Sequence record: OL964745.1
Reading direction: 5' to 3' (one strand)
DNA: 64,000 nt
Source: Escherichia phage T4
Part shown: positions 1-9,055 of the stretch, in pieces
Numbering within the stretch: the stretch's first letter is position 1
Layout of the letters: each line of letters begins with the position of its first letter
Translations under genes and position numbers: made by a program
The notes under the pieces: model-generated
Databases searched by the model: none
Seen by the model: only the letters and a program-made list of their open reading frames with translations
What the model was told of the DNA's origin: nothing

Positions 1-271
1 TGATATAGTACTTTTTCTCATCATATTCCATCCACAGTTCAACTAAAAGTTCTTTCTTATTTGTGCTGTTTATTAATTGACCTTTCTTTACATCGCGAAA
101 TGGCTTACCAAAAAGCCCAAATGTGATGGCTTCTAGCATAGTAGACTTACCACCGCCATTTCGTCCAGTAATAAGAGTTTTTTGAACCTTATCTAATTGA
201 ATGTCAATCCCATTTTGACCAACTGACATTATATTTTTATATTTTACTCTATTAAGTTTAAAATTCTTCAC
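1..271 (-). CDS. 46: Recombination endonuclease subunit gp46 (SbcC/Rad50-like ATPase), N-terminal part; gene runs off the window start
   Basis: Minus-strand translation MSVGQNGIDIQLDKVQKTLITGRNGGGKSTMLEA with Walker A GRNGGGKST; start GTG at 271 (AAGGAA SD) or ATG at 229. Confidence 0.8.
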   Translation of the reverse strand, partial: MKNFKLNRVKYKNIMSVGQNGIDIQLDKVQKTLITGRNGGGKSTMLEAITFGLFGKPFRDVKKGQLINSTNKKELLVELWMEYDEKKYYI

Positions 272-531
272 AAAAGATTCCTTTTAATGTATCTTTTAGA
301 CCATTCTATCATATCATCATAATCTAAAAAGTATTCATCAAATTCAGCCATGCAAACAACGCCTTGTGCTGTTTTTGATGTGATATAAATTATTCCAACA
401 TATCTAGAATCTTCTTCGGTATAATCAATATTTGCTATGAATTCATCATTAATGTCAAATGTCGAAAACTTCACAGTATGCATCCTTAATACAAGATACA
501 GCCATATCTCGTAATGATTTAGGTGTGTCAT
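268..531 (-). CDS. Hypothetical small protein (46.1-like); may be one gene with the 455-718 ORF
   Basis: 87-aa ORF overlapping the next ORF by 77 nt in another frame. Confidence 0.35.
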   Translation of the reverse strand: MTHLNHYEIWLYLVLRMHTVKFSTFDINDEFIANIDYTEEDSRYVGIIYITSKTAQGVVCMAEFDEYFLDYDDMIEWSKRYIKRNLL

Positions 532-718
532 TATCTAAAATGTTGAAGTTAAAAGATACAGCCCAGTCAGTGCAGACAGTAACCTTTTTAATACAATTAT
601 CTTCAACCTCTAACGGTTCAAACCAGTATTCAATAATTTCTTTATGACCAATATCATCTTTTACTTCACATTTAAAATGCTGACTCATCATAACATTTTT
701 AAATTCATCAAAAGTCAT
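455..718 (-). CDS. Hypothetical small protein (46.2-like)
   Basis: 87-aa ORF; stop overlaps repeat GACATTTGACATT. Confidence 0.35.
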   Translation of the reverse strand: MTFDEFKNVMMSQHFKCEVKDDIGHKEIIEYWFEPLEVEDNCIKKVTVCTDWAVSFNFNILDNDTPKSLRDMAVSCIKDAYCEVFDI

Positions 719-1734
719 TGTGTTGCCTCTACATATAGCTGATTTGCATATTGAATAAGTGCTTCACGGTCAGAATCAGTGATGTCTGGAATTGCATTAA
801 TATACTCTTCCATTAATGTCTGAAGCGATTGAACTTCAACTTCTTCACTGTCATCTGACTCGACAGAGTTATCAATCTTTGACACAACTCGTAATGAATG
901 CACAACTTTTTCTAGTTCAGATTCGAACTTCGTCAGATTTTTGTCTACTTCAGTTACTATAACACGTACTGATAGATTTGTAAAATCTTTATAGTCAATT
1001 TTTCCTTTAAATGGATAATGAATTCTACGATGCCAGGTAGTATTGTTTGGAATAAATTCCGTTCGTTCTGTTTCTGTATCAAACATCCAGAACCCACGAG
1101 GGTCATTCTCGTCACCTGCGGTTAGTGTCCATGGTGTCCCAATATATCTGACGTTTGCAGCCTCAGAAATAGTATGGAAGTGACCAGACCACACTTCTTT
1201 ATAAGTCTTAAGGAAATCGGGTTCAAGACCATGAGATTTCATTCCTTTATAAAAATAAAATCCATTCAGTTCCCAGTGACCAACACAAAAAGAAGCAGAT
1301 GAAGTTTTGATATGCTCAAGAATTTCACCAGTATTTTCTTCGCACATCCAAGGAATCAAATCAATCAAACACCCGTCAAAATCTACTGTAGTAGGCTTAT
1401 CATACACTTTAACATTAGGATATTTAGCCAAAAGCTCAGTAGAAGCATTTGGATGCATTACATTTTTATAGTGGAGATCGTGATTTCCTACAATAGTGTG
1501 TAATGTAATTCCAGCATCATCAAGCGTTTGAACTATTTCACGGGCAAACTCCATAGTTTTATGTGTGATCGCTTTTCGCACATCAAAAATATCACCGTAT
1601 TGAATCCAGGTAGTAATTCCATTTTTCTTAGAATATTCTATCGCTTGCTTAATTCCATCAATTTGAATACCGCGAATCCACTCATCATCAGCTTTAACGC
1701 CTAAATGCCAATCACCTAAATTTAAAATTTTCAT
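715..1734 (-). CDS. 47: Recombination endonuclease subunit gp47 (Mre11/SbcD-like phosphoesterase)
   Basis: 339-aa ORF; calcineurin-like motifs GDWHLG, GNHD, GHWE; ATGA-type overlap with next ORF. Confidence 0.9.
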   Translation of the reverse strand: MKILNLGDWHLGVKADDEWIRGIQIDGIKQAIEYSKKNGITTWIQYGDIFDVRKAITHKTMEFAREIVQTLDDAGITLHTIVGNHDLHYKNVMHPNASTELLAKYPNVKVYDKPTTVDFDGCLIDLIPWMCEENTGEILEHIKTSSASFCVGHWELNGFYFYKGMKSHGLEPDFLKTYKEVWSGHFHTISEAANVRYIGTPWTLTAGDENDPRGFWMFDTETERTEFIPNNTTWHRRIHYPFKGKIDYKDFTNLSVRVIVTEVDKNLTKFESELEKVVHSLRVVSKIDNSVESDDSEEVEVQSLQTLMEEYINAIPDITDSDREALIQYANQLYVEATQ

Positions 1735-1894
1735 ATATCAAGAACCGTCATTGAAATGCAAAATAAAATTATTGAAATAAATCCATCTGGAGTGCTAAAG
1801 AACCCAATCCAACATGCTCTAGTGAATAGATAAAATGCAAGAAAAAGTATCACATATCCAAGAAATATCATTATATCAAACTCCGTATAAAGCT

Positions 1895-1912
1895 AAAGGG
1901 CCGAAGCCCTTT
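1895..1912 (-). terminator. UUCG-tetraloop hairpin at 3' end of a-gt
   Basis: Forward AAAGGGCCGAAGCCCTTT, minus-strand RNA stem with UUCG loop, U-rich flank. Confidence 0.4.
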
Positions 1913-3110
1913 ATTTTGTAATAATGTCAAACTGTTCTTTAAAGCAGAAGCTTGAATCTTGATGCTGATACAAAAATTCATATGCTTTTTCTCGCTCACG
2001 GTCATAAAGAGCTCGGTCAGATGACAGTTCTTTAATACGTTCAAATGTTGATTCCATATCATTTTCATCAAACCAAATGATACCGCTATCATGCGAGGTC
2101 AAAGGAGTATTATCAACACGGAATTTTAAATTTTCGCCAGTAGATTTCCAAAATACCGGAATTGTTCCACATGCACCAAGCTCGAGATGAGTATATTCGA
2201 GTGAGCGTTGTAAGTATTTCTGGTTAAGTTTACTCAACTGATATCCAAAGCCAGATTTACTCATTCGTTCAAGCATTTCACTATTAATATAACAATCTAG
2301 GATTTGTGCCGGTTGATTCGGCGCGAGATTCATTTTATCAATCTCACGATTACCGTAATATTCATACGGAATACCTTTTTCCTTAATTGCAATAAAAGCA
2401 GGGGAACGTTCCAGACCTTCCATTACAGTGGATTTACCAGCAGGTTTTAAGAATTTTTCATGAAAATCAAACATCTGGTAAAAACCTTTCCATGTAGTCG
2501 TACGACCAATCCAACGGTTGATATTCATGTTAATTTCAGAAACATCTTTCCAATAAGTTGACCGAACCTTCACAATATCCATAGGAGGCTGAAAATTATA
2601 TACTGTCGGTGCTTCTTCAATATCATCAAACAGAGAAACAGTTTCTGGATACCATTCTTTCATCAGAACTTTATTAAAATCACCATTATCAGAATGGCTA
2701 AAAATAACATCAGCTCGACGAACAGTTTCTTCTAATCCCAAATTTCGACGCAAAGAAAGAACAGAATGATCATGCTGATAAACTACAACACGAATAGAAG
2801 GTTTAATATTATCTAAAAGTTTTTTATAGTTAATCGTAGCTTCTTGAACGGAAGTAGCAGGAACAGAATTAATAATTAGAATATCACAATCATTTACTAG
2901 CTTAAGTGCTTTATCGTATTCTTTAGCTAAAATAACTGGAATTGAAAATGATTTGTGGTCATGAGAACTTGTACGAGTAAATGATTTATCTTTAGCATAA
3001 ACCAAAGTTACTTCATGACCATTTTTAATAAACCAATCACGTTGCTCGAGTGAGAATTTTGTTACACCACAACCTTCAAGACCTCGAGCCATAAAAATGC
3101 AAATACGCAT
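1911..3110 (-). CDS. a-gt: DNA alpha-glucosyltransferase
   Basis: 399-aa ORF matching T4 AGT from memory (MRICIFMARGLEGCGVTKFSLEQRDWFIKNGHEV...). Confidence 0.9.
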   Translation of the reverse strand: MRICIFMARGLEGCGVTKFSLEQRDWFIKNGHEVTLVYAKDKSFTRTSSHDHKSFSIPVILAKEYDKALKLVNDCDILIINSVPATSVQEATINYKKLLDNIKPSIRVVVYQHDHSVLSLRRNLGLEETVRRADVIFSHSDNGDFNKVLMKEWYPETVSLFDDIEEAPTVYNFQPPMDIVKVRSTYWKDVSEINMNINRWIGRTTTWKGFYQMFDFHEKFLKPAGKSTVMEGLERSPAFIAIKEKGIPYEYYGNREIDKMNLAPNQPAQILDCYINSEMLERMSKSGFGYQLSKLNQKYLQRSLEYTHLELGACGTIPVFWKSTGENLKFRVDNTPLTSHDSGIIWFDENDMESTFERIKELSSDRALYDREREKAYEFLYQHQDSSFCFKEQFDIITK

Positions 3111-3158
3111 AGTTTTCCTCTTTTCATTTAATAAATCATGTAAATAATATTTTATTTT

Positions 3159-3940
3159 CTATAAAACGCTACGAATAGGCCCAAACATATCCATAAGCAA
3201 TTTTGCTTTTTCCAGATTGCACTTTTTAATATTAGACATGCATCCTTTAACGGATACAGCTGCGTCTTTAATTCTAGGAAATACTCGTAATAATTTTCCA
3301 GTAGTATCATATTGAAATACTGGCACATTTCTTTTCTGAGTTATCCCACGTAGATTTAGACATTTTTTGTTTAGTTGCATTAGACATCCTAGAGGGCTTT
3401 CCTATGTTATCAGAATAATATTTCCATTGAAATCCTCCAGCGGTTTTCCTTTTACCATCTACACATTGTTTAATTGAAGTTGAACAGCTATGACATATCT
3501 TCTGCAGCATCTGTAATACATCTATATTTGCGAATAAAATTTCCATTTAAATCATATTGATAAATTGGTTTTCCAGCATTTCGTCTAGCGTTAGACATGT
3601 ATTTATTATCATCTTTCCAGAACTCTTTCATGCTTTCCGATATTGAAGAAGATACAGCTGTTTTAATCCATCCATACATTATTATTTAGTCTTGTTCCGT
3701 CAGAACTATAACATCATACGAATAGCTAAAGCCAATTTAGGAAGTCTATAAATTTTAAATAATAAATGCGCGGTAAAATGTTCTTCTGGTGTCAAAAGAA
3801 CTAAATTAGTTTTATCATCTGTACCACCCATACATCTAGGAATTATATGATGTGTTTCAGTATAGTATGTCAAAAGACTTTTATCATTGCCTCTGTTTAG
3901 TCCTTTTTCGATCAGTAAATTATATGTTTAAATAATTCAT
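3159..3940 (-). pseudogene. HNH homing-endonuclease-like gene with IENR/NUMOD-type DNA-binding repeats, split over at least four frames
   Basis: MNYLNI-stop, then HNH motif ETHHIIPRCMGGTDDKTNLVLLTPEEHFTAH in another frame, then three overlapping ORFs (3488-3679, 3307-3546, 3159-3380) each carrying VxQYDxxGxLIxxFxSIxDAA / GKRKTAGGFQWKY modules. Confidence 0.5.
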
Positions 3941-3974
3941 TTTAGTTTATTTTACCAAAAAATTTATAAAGCAA

Positions 3975-3994
3975 TAGGAGCCGAAGCTCCTATC
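3975..3994 (-). terminator. UUCG-tetraloop hairpin
   Basis: Forward ATAGGAGCCGAAGCTCCTAT. Confidence 0.35.
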
Positions 3995-4181
3995 CACATA
4001 ATACGCCATACAGAGGCTCGTTAGAACTTTTAAATTTTATGCGCTTATATGTTATAGTTCCTTCTGCTTTAGCTTTATCATGAGCCTCTTTAAAGCGTCT
4101 CATCATTTCCTCTCTAGAGGAACGAATTTTATTATAATCTATTTCAGAAGTCGGATGTTCATCTTTCACAGTTGCCACCAT
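3990..4181 (-). CDS. Hypothetical small basic protein
   Basis: 63-aa ORF in tightly packed early gene array. Confidence 0.35.
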   Translation of the reverse strand: MVATVKDEHPTSEIDYNKIRSSREEMMRRFKEAHDKAKAEGTITYKRIKFKSSNEPLYGVLCG

Positions 4182-4372
4182 TTTTTGACTTGATAAGAAT
4201 CAACCCACACTTTCATATTAGGGTCTGCTCTTACAATAGGAGGATTAACTTCTTTGATTGAACTATCACGGTATTCTTTTTCAGAAATTTTCACGCAAAG
4301 ATGACCATTCAAAGATTCAGTAAATCCTGCATTAATTTTAAGACGCTTGAATTTTACGTGTGTAAGCATCAA
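4166..4372 (-). CDS. Hypothetical small protein
   Basis: 68-aa ORF. Confidence 0.3.
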   Translation of the reverse strand: MMLTHVKFKRLKINAGFTESLNGHLCVKISEKEYRDSSIKEVNPPIVRADPNMKVWVDSYQVKKWWQL

Positions 4373-4655
4373 TCATATCCTCAATCTGCGATCTAGTAGT
4401 CTTCCAAAGAATACTGATGAGTTCATCGTTATATGGCTGTTTTAGAATATCCCGACTTTTCTTGATAGCATATTCGTATTGAGCAAAATTATTATTTTCA
4501 GCTGCGATCTGAGCGTGCTTATAAAGACGATTCAGTTCGCGTTTGTTTTTAGACAATAACTTATTTGCTTTTCTTTCTGCTTCAAGACGGTTCTTTTCTT
4601 CAATAGAAGAAATAAGCTTTTCCACTTCATCATTAATTTCGGGTTTATCAGTCAT
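4338..4655 (-). CDS. Hypothetical coiled-coil protein
   Basis: 105-aa ORF, charged heptad-like sequence. Confidence 0.4.
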   Translation of the reverse strand: MTDKPEINDEVEKLISSIEEKNRLEAERKANKLLSKNKRELNRLYKHAQIAAENNNFAQYEYAIKKSRDILKQPYNDELISILWKTTRSQIEDMIDAYTRKIQAS

Positions 4656-4656
4656 A

Positions 4657-4875
4657 TTATTTCTCTAATATAAAATAAAAATCATCATCTGTTAAATGAT
4701 ACCGATAGTTTAATTCTACACCATTAGATTTAAAAGCGGTATCATACGGATTTTCTGGATCAATATCAATGTCAAGAGCTAAAACTTCCCTGAGATACAT
4801 TTTAAGTAAATAGGGAATAGCTTCAACTTCAGGTATTTCTTCCAAGAATCCGGAGAGGTTAATCGTTAGCCTCAT
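4657..4875 (-). CDS. Hypothetical small protein
   Basis: ORF 4657-4902 trimmed to internal Met to limit overlap with gene 55. Confidence 0.3.
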
Positions 4876-5416
4876 ATAAAAAATCCAAACTAGGAGAATC
4901 ATCTACAACACTTTTCTTTTCAGCCCCCGGTGTTCTATAGGTTGATTCTTCGTAATGCGTCATTTTATCATAGATGTCTTGAATAAAAGTTTCATCTACT
5001 AACGCAACCATATCGTCGTCACGGCTGTCATAGACATTGTGAACGAAGTAACTATATTTCTTTGCAACTTCCTTACGTTCTTTTTTAATACGTTGGACGA
5101 ATGCATTAAAACAAGCTTGAGTTATATACGCATGTGGGTTTTTATATTTCGTTTCATCAAAATTGTGAAGCCCCTTAATAGAAGCTTCTATACCATCTGC
5201 AATCATTTCTTGTTTCCAAGACTGGGTGTATCCTGAAAAGTTGAAACGTTTAGATAAGCCTTCTGCAATAAGCATAATGGCTAATCCGATAGTATCATTC
5301 TGACGAACTACTTTATTTGGGTCTTTATTATTTGCTAATTCTGTTTTCCAATCAATAATAGCTTGTAAAAGCTCTTTATTGTTTACGTAATTATATTTAG
5401 GCTTAGTTTCTGACAT
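4859..5416 (-). CDS. 55: Late-transcription sigma factor gp55
   Basis: 185 aa from [23 protein letters not shown]..., matches T4 gp55 from memory. Confidence 0.9.
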
Positions 5417-5498
5417 TTTCACCTCTTAGCTCAATTCATAGATCTATTATATCATAATATTTGAAGACCTATCTTAAAGCATAGAGGATGAATCAATT

Positions 5499-5714
5499 TC
5501 AAGCATTCATCAGATTAGCCGCTCCAAGAGCTGCATCTAGTGAATCAAATTGGTCAACATATTCAATTAATTCGCCGTAATTAGCGTATAACCACCATTG
5601 GCTAAATTCATACTCAAGGATGAATCCATTTCCTTCAATTTGAGTTAAACCAATGCCATTTGTATTTACTTCATACCCAGCGAGACGTAAATCGTTAATA
5701 AGAGCTTCGTTCAT
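5499..5714 (-). CDS. Hypothetical protein
   Basis: 71-aa ORF. Confidence 0.4.
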   Translation of the reverse strand: MNEALINDLRLAGYEVNTNGIGLTQIEGNGFILEYEFSQWWLYANYGELIEYVDQFDSLDAALGAANLMNA

Positions 5715-5716
5715 AA

Positions 5717-6043
5717 TTATACCTTAGTAATTTTCAGGTCTGCAAATTTTTTCTTGCGTTGATTTTTCATGCGACGAATAGTTTTATCGGAAATTTCATG
5801 CTTTTGATAAGCTTTAGATTCTACACCAAAAGCTTTAACATCAAATTCTGACAAGATATATTGAACCAACAATTCACGGACAGTATTGCGTCCAATCTTC
5901 TGATCATTCTGTTTCATCGTTTGATGAAGCTCTTTTTCCCATTTATCCAAAATTTGAGGAGTTACAATATCGCCTTTTTCTAGCAAAGAAACTACTTTAT
6001 CATATGCGTAAGAATTGATGGCGTTTTTAATTTGAATAGTCAT
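5717..6043 (-). CDS. Hypothetical protein
   Basis: 108-aa ORF. Confidence 0.45.
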   Translation of the reverse strand: MTIQIKNAINSYAYDKVVSLLEKGDIVTPQILDKWEKELHQTMKQNDQKIGRNTVRELLVQYILSEFDVKAFGVESKAYQKHEISDKTIRRMKNQRKKKFADLKITKV

Positions 6044-6081
6044 ACATTATCCTCAATTACGTTAAAATTTTATTATCCAAA

Positions 6082-6097
6082 AAGGGCCGAAGCCCTT
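6082..6097 (-). terminator. UUCG-tetraloop hairpin
   Basis: Forward AAGGGCCGAAGCCCTT, U-rich on minus strand. Confidence 0.4.
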
Positions 6098-6296
6098 AGC
6101 TAAACTTTTTGGCACCCTTCCAGCCTTCGTACATCATTGCGACTGACAATGACAAAGCTCCTTCACATGCTGCATACTTATTATTCCAGAACCAATTTAG
6201 AAAAACTTCATCCTCAATACCGTTGTGTTTCATGTTCTGGAAAAATTTGGCGCGTTCTTCAGCAATTCGCTGCGATAATTTAGATTCAGGATTCAT
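6096..6296 (-). CDS. Hypothetical protein
   Basis: 66-aa ORF. Confidence 0.4.
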   Translation of the reverse strand: MNPESKLSQRIAEERAKFFQNMKHNGIEDEVFLNWFWNNKYAACEGALSLSVAMMYEGWKGAKKFS

Positions 6297-6512
6297 TTAA
6301 ATTTCCCAATTGCCATTTTCATCAATAAATTTAATCCAGTCATTTACTGACCACTTGGTCGTATCGCCTTTTGGAGTAACATTTAAAGTGTATAGCCCTT
6401 GCTTAAAAAGCATGCGTTTGATATTCATATTTTCCTCAGCTGTAACGATAACACTCGTTTGATTTACGTTTAGCAACTCGTTGAGAAGTATTATAATCAA
6501 AATCATCATCAA
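6297..6512 (-). CDS. Hypothetical protein
   Basis: 71-aa ORF. Confidence 0.35.
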   Translation of the reverse strand: MMMILIIILLNELLNVNQTSVIVTAEENMNIKRMLFKQGLYTLNVTPKGDTTKWSVNDWIKFIDENGNWEI

Positions 6513-6729
6513 TGTAAACTGATTTTTTCAACTTTCTTACTTCACCGCGTAATTGACGATTTAACTCATCTTTAACTTCTGAATCAATACCTTTCATTCT
6601 ACGCCATTTATCTGAGCGAAAAATGTTTTCAACCATATCTTTATGACTTACCCCATCAGGAGCTTTACGCTTTCCGAAATAGTCATAATCACGCACTTTT
6701 AAGTCTTTACGACGATACGTTTTACCCAT
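6436..6729 (-). CDS. Hypothetical basic protein
   Basis: ORF 6436-6774 trimmed to internal Met (MGKTYRRKDLKVRDYDYFGKRK...). Confidence 0.35.
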   Translation of the reverse strand: MGKTYRRKDLKVRDYDYFGKRKAPDGVSHKDMVENIFRSDKWRRMKGIDSEVKDELNRQLRGEVRKLKKSVYIDDDFDYNTSQRVAKRKSNECYRYS

Positions 6730-6904
6730 GGAGTTTAATTTCCTTAGCAACTGAACTAAATACAGCACGATCACAAATCATACGTTTATGTAACTTGAGT
6801 ATAAGATAGTAAACATCAAAACCATTTACATAAGTAACACGAACAACATTACCATTCACGAGATAATACTGTCCCTTTTTAATCTCTTTATCAACCACAA
6901 CCAT
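6722..6904 (-). CDS. Hypothetical small protein
   Basis: 60-aa ORF. Confidence 0.3.
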   Translation of the reverse strand: MVVVDKEIKKGQYYLVNGNVVRVTYVNGFDVYYLILKLHKRMICDRAVFSSVAKEIKLHG

Positions 6905-6929
6905 ATCAATTCCTCAAAGGTAATTCATA

Positions 6930-6965
6930 TGTTAATAATACCACGGTTTGAACTTGTTGTAAACA
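6930..6965 (-). promoter_or_regulatory. Early-type promoter
   Basis: Minus-strand GTTTAC -35 (forward GTAAAC 6959-6964), A/T-rich -10, upstream TTTCACAAAG element. Confidence 0.4.
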
Positions 6966-7045
6966 ACTTTGTGAAAAATATTTTAGGGAATGATAAGAAA
7001 GGAACGATAGCTTAGAATGGTAATATACAGAATGTGAGAAAGAAA

Positions 7046-7059
7046 GGCCCAGAGGGCCC
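7046..7059 (-). terminator. Hairpin terminator after nrdH-like gene
   Basis: GGCCC-AGAG-GGGCC stem-loop followed on minus strand by UUUCUUUCU. Confidence 0.4.
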
Positions 7060-7062
7060 GTC

Positions 7063-7371
7063 TTAATCTTCTATGATATCTCTATCATATCCAAGTGAAA
7101 TGAGAGTTTCTTTGAAGTGTTTAATGTTCTTTTGTCTAGAATCATTAATGAAAATGACTGGATAACGAATGTTAAGAGATGTGAATCCAGCGCGTTTAGC
7201 AAGAGATACAATCAGCGGACGATCATACTCAATCTTACCATTATTTGTAAGAACTTTATAGAAAGTAAAAGGAGCATTGAGCTCCTTTAGAAGTTTTGTA
7301 ACTGATTGACATCCAGGACAACGACCTACTTCATCTGGAATTCCATAGACTTCAATCTTATTTTGTTTCAC
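7063..7371 (-). CDS. nrdH: Glutaredoxin-like redoxin (NrdH-like)
   Basis: 102-aa ORF with CPGC redox motif near N-terminus; adjacent to RNR genes. Confidence 0.6.
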   Translation of the reverse strand: MKQNKIEVYGIPDEVGRCPGCQSVTKLLKELNAPFTFYKVLTNNGKIEYDRPLIVSLAKRAGFTSLNIRYPVIFINDSRQKNIKHFKETLISLGYDRDIIED

Positions 7372-7373
7372 AA

Positions 7374-7586
7374 CTATTCCTTACTAAGAGCAGCATTCAG
7401 CTTGTTAGTAATTTTATCCAGACGCTCATTGAATTCACTAGAAGATAAGCCCTTTTCTGGAGAAATCAAACTAATCACGAAAAATATAGCAATAAAAGGA
7501 ATAAGGAAAATAGCTCCAACTGCCATAAACAGAAAGAATGTTACAGTTGTAAGAAAATCAGCTAAACCTTTACGAAATTTATACAT
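7374..7586 (-). CDS. Small membrane protein
   Basis: 70-aa ORF with hydrophobic TM segment. Confidence 0.45.
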   Translation of the reverse strand: MYKFRKGLADFLTTVTFFLFMAVGAIFLIPFIAIFFVISLISPEKGLSSSEFNERLDKITNKLNAALSKE

Positions 7587-7701
7587 TTACATTTACCTTT
7601 AATTGATTAACCAAGCATTGATAAGCACTAAACTCTGCGAATAAAATTCTGGACCAAAATGAAAAATCATATCATTTATAGTATCCATAATGTAATTCAA
7701 T

Positions 7702-8028
7702 TTAATCATGTTTCCACACCCCATCGGTATTTGACCAAAGTCGCTGATTATCTGATCCTCGCCACAGCTTTTTGGTCGGAAGATTTTTCTCATACTTCCC
7801 ATCAATAATAACATCAACATATTTAAGCATTTCTAGTTGTTTAATATCTTCAAACTTATATCCTGTCCACAACCAGATATCTTTCTCCGGAAATCTTGCT
7901 TTAACCCAAGAAACTAAATTTGAAATCTCTTCTCGGTTCTGTGGATAAAGTGGGTCACCGCCGGTTAAGGTAAGGCCTTGGATATACGATTTGCTTAAAT
8001 GGGACGCAAGTTCTTTAACGGTATTCAT
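7702..8028 (-). pseudogene. nrdG: Anaerobic RNR activase NrdG, C-terminal ~108 codons only; radical-SAM Cys motif region absent
   Basis: GLTLTGGDPLYPQNRE...KDIWLWTGYKF...LWRGSDNQ matches the E. coli NrdG C-terminal region from memory; NrdG-like frame opens only 12 codons upstream, after a stop. Confidence 0.6.
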
Positions 8029-8822
8029 AGTGAATAACTGTCCGTTACGAGCATTCCCCGTTTATATGAAACAATGTAATTTGGATAATTGTCATCTAAA
8101 CACAAATCTTTAATACGACTTGGGTGGAGTTTTAAATCTTTAGCAGCATCCACAAATGATTTATAGATATTGTCATTTATTTTAACATATTCTGGGACGG
8201 GATGAATTGTTATTTTTATATCTATAACATTTGGATGATTACTAACCTGTTCTTCAGAGCATTTAAGAAATTTTGCAGCTGATTTAAAACTTCTAAATTT
8301 ATTTCCGGATTTTAAAGCTATAGAAACAGTCTTTTTAGCCGTTCTACTACCAATATTATTTTTAACATGAGCTTCACTTCTACTATTATTTTTATAATGC
8401 TCAATCAATTTCTCTCGTATCTTATCTTTATGTTTTAAAGATAAGATTTTACCTTTATGGGCATTACTAAGTTTTTGCTTATGTTCTTCTGAATCCGGAT
8501 ATTTGTTAAATTTATATCCACCTATAGATTTATTAAGAATAAATTCGTTATTAAAATATTTCCTAATAAGCATTTCTTCATGTTTAAGGGCCGATTCATA
8601 AGAATCAAAAACTTGAAGAATTATCCACTTAGCTTTATAATCTTTAAGCTTTTCTTTAACAAGCTTAGATGACGAATTGTATTCTTTCCAATTTGTATCT
8701 TTACCATATATAGTTTTGAATTTTTTAAAACCTATATAAAAAGACTTATCAGGAAATCTTACCATATAGGTAAATGCTACAGAATTGGCAATTTTTAAGC
8801 TTTTTCTTAATTTCCATTTCAT
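8025..8822 (-). CDS. Intron-encoded GIY-YIG homing endonuclease (I-TevII-like)
   Basis: 265-aa ORF with GIY-YIG-like FTYMVRFPDKSFYIGFKKF, NUMOD-like HKQKLSNAHKGK and IENR-like KSFVDAAKDL; directly follows a group I intron core. Confidence 0.7.
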   Translation of the reverse strand: MKWKLRKSLKIANSVAFTYMVRFPDKSFYIGFKKFKTIYGKDTNWKEYNSSSKLVKEKLKDYKAKWIILQVFDSYESALKHEEMLIRKYFNNEFILNKSIGGYKFNKYPDSEEHKQKLSNAHKGKILSLKHKDKIREKLIEHYKNNSRSEAHVKNNIGSRTAKKTVSIALKSGNKFRSFKSAAKFLKCSEEQVSNHPNVIDIKITIHPVPEYVKINDNIYKSFVDAAKDLKLHPSRIKDLCLDDNYPNYIVSYKRGMLVTDSYSL

Positions 8823-9055
8823 CGTTTCACCTCGTATTCATATTTATACGAGGATAAACAGCTGCATGTCACCATGCAGTTCAGACTATATCTTCAACTC
8901 TTAGAGTTGTCTGCCGTTTCGGGTCGCTTGACCCTACTCCCTTACATTCATCAGGGATAGTCGTTGGGCATTTACAGCTACTGCTGATTTAGCAACGGAT
9001 TGTCTCAGTGAGAGTTTCCCGTTTTAGGCAGATTTTACATGAGCTTGACTTACGT
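8025..9055 (-). mobile_element. Group I intron (nrdD/sunY type) with homing-endonuclease ORF; 3' end and downstream exon not present
   Basis: Minus-strand core AAAATCTGCCTAAAACGGGAAACTCTCACTGAGACAATCCGTTGCTAAATCAGC (P3/P4-like) after the nrdD exon-1 reading frame ends. Confidence 0.65.

Noticed and set aside
1871-2092. 73-aa minus-strand ORF overlapping the 3' end of a-gt
   Set aside because: It is out of frame within the a-gt coding region and spans the a-gt terminator hairpin. The a-gt ORF is the better-supported reading.
7599-7820. 73-aa minus-strand ORF overlapping the nrdG fragment
   Set aside because: It is an alternative frame of the NrdG-like sequence with no recognisable similarity. 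The NrdG frame has clear homology.
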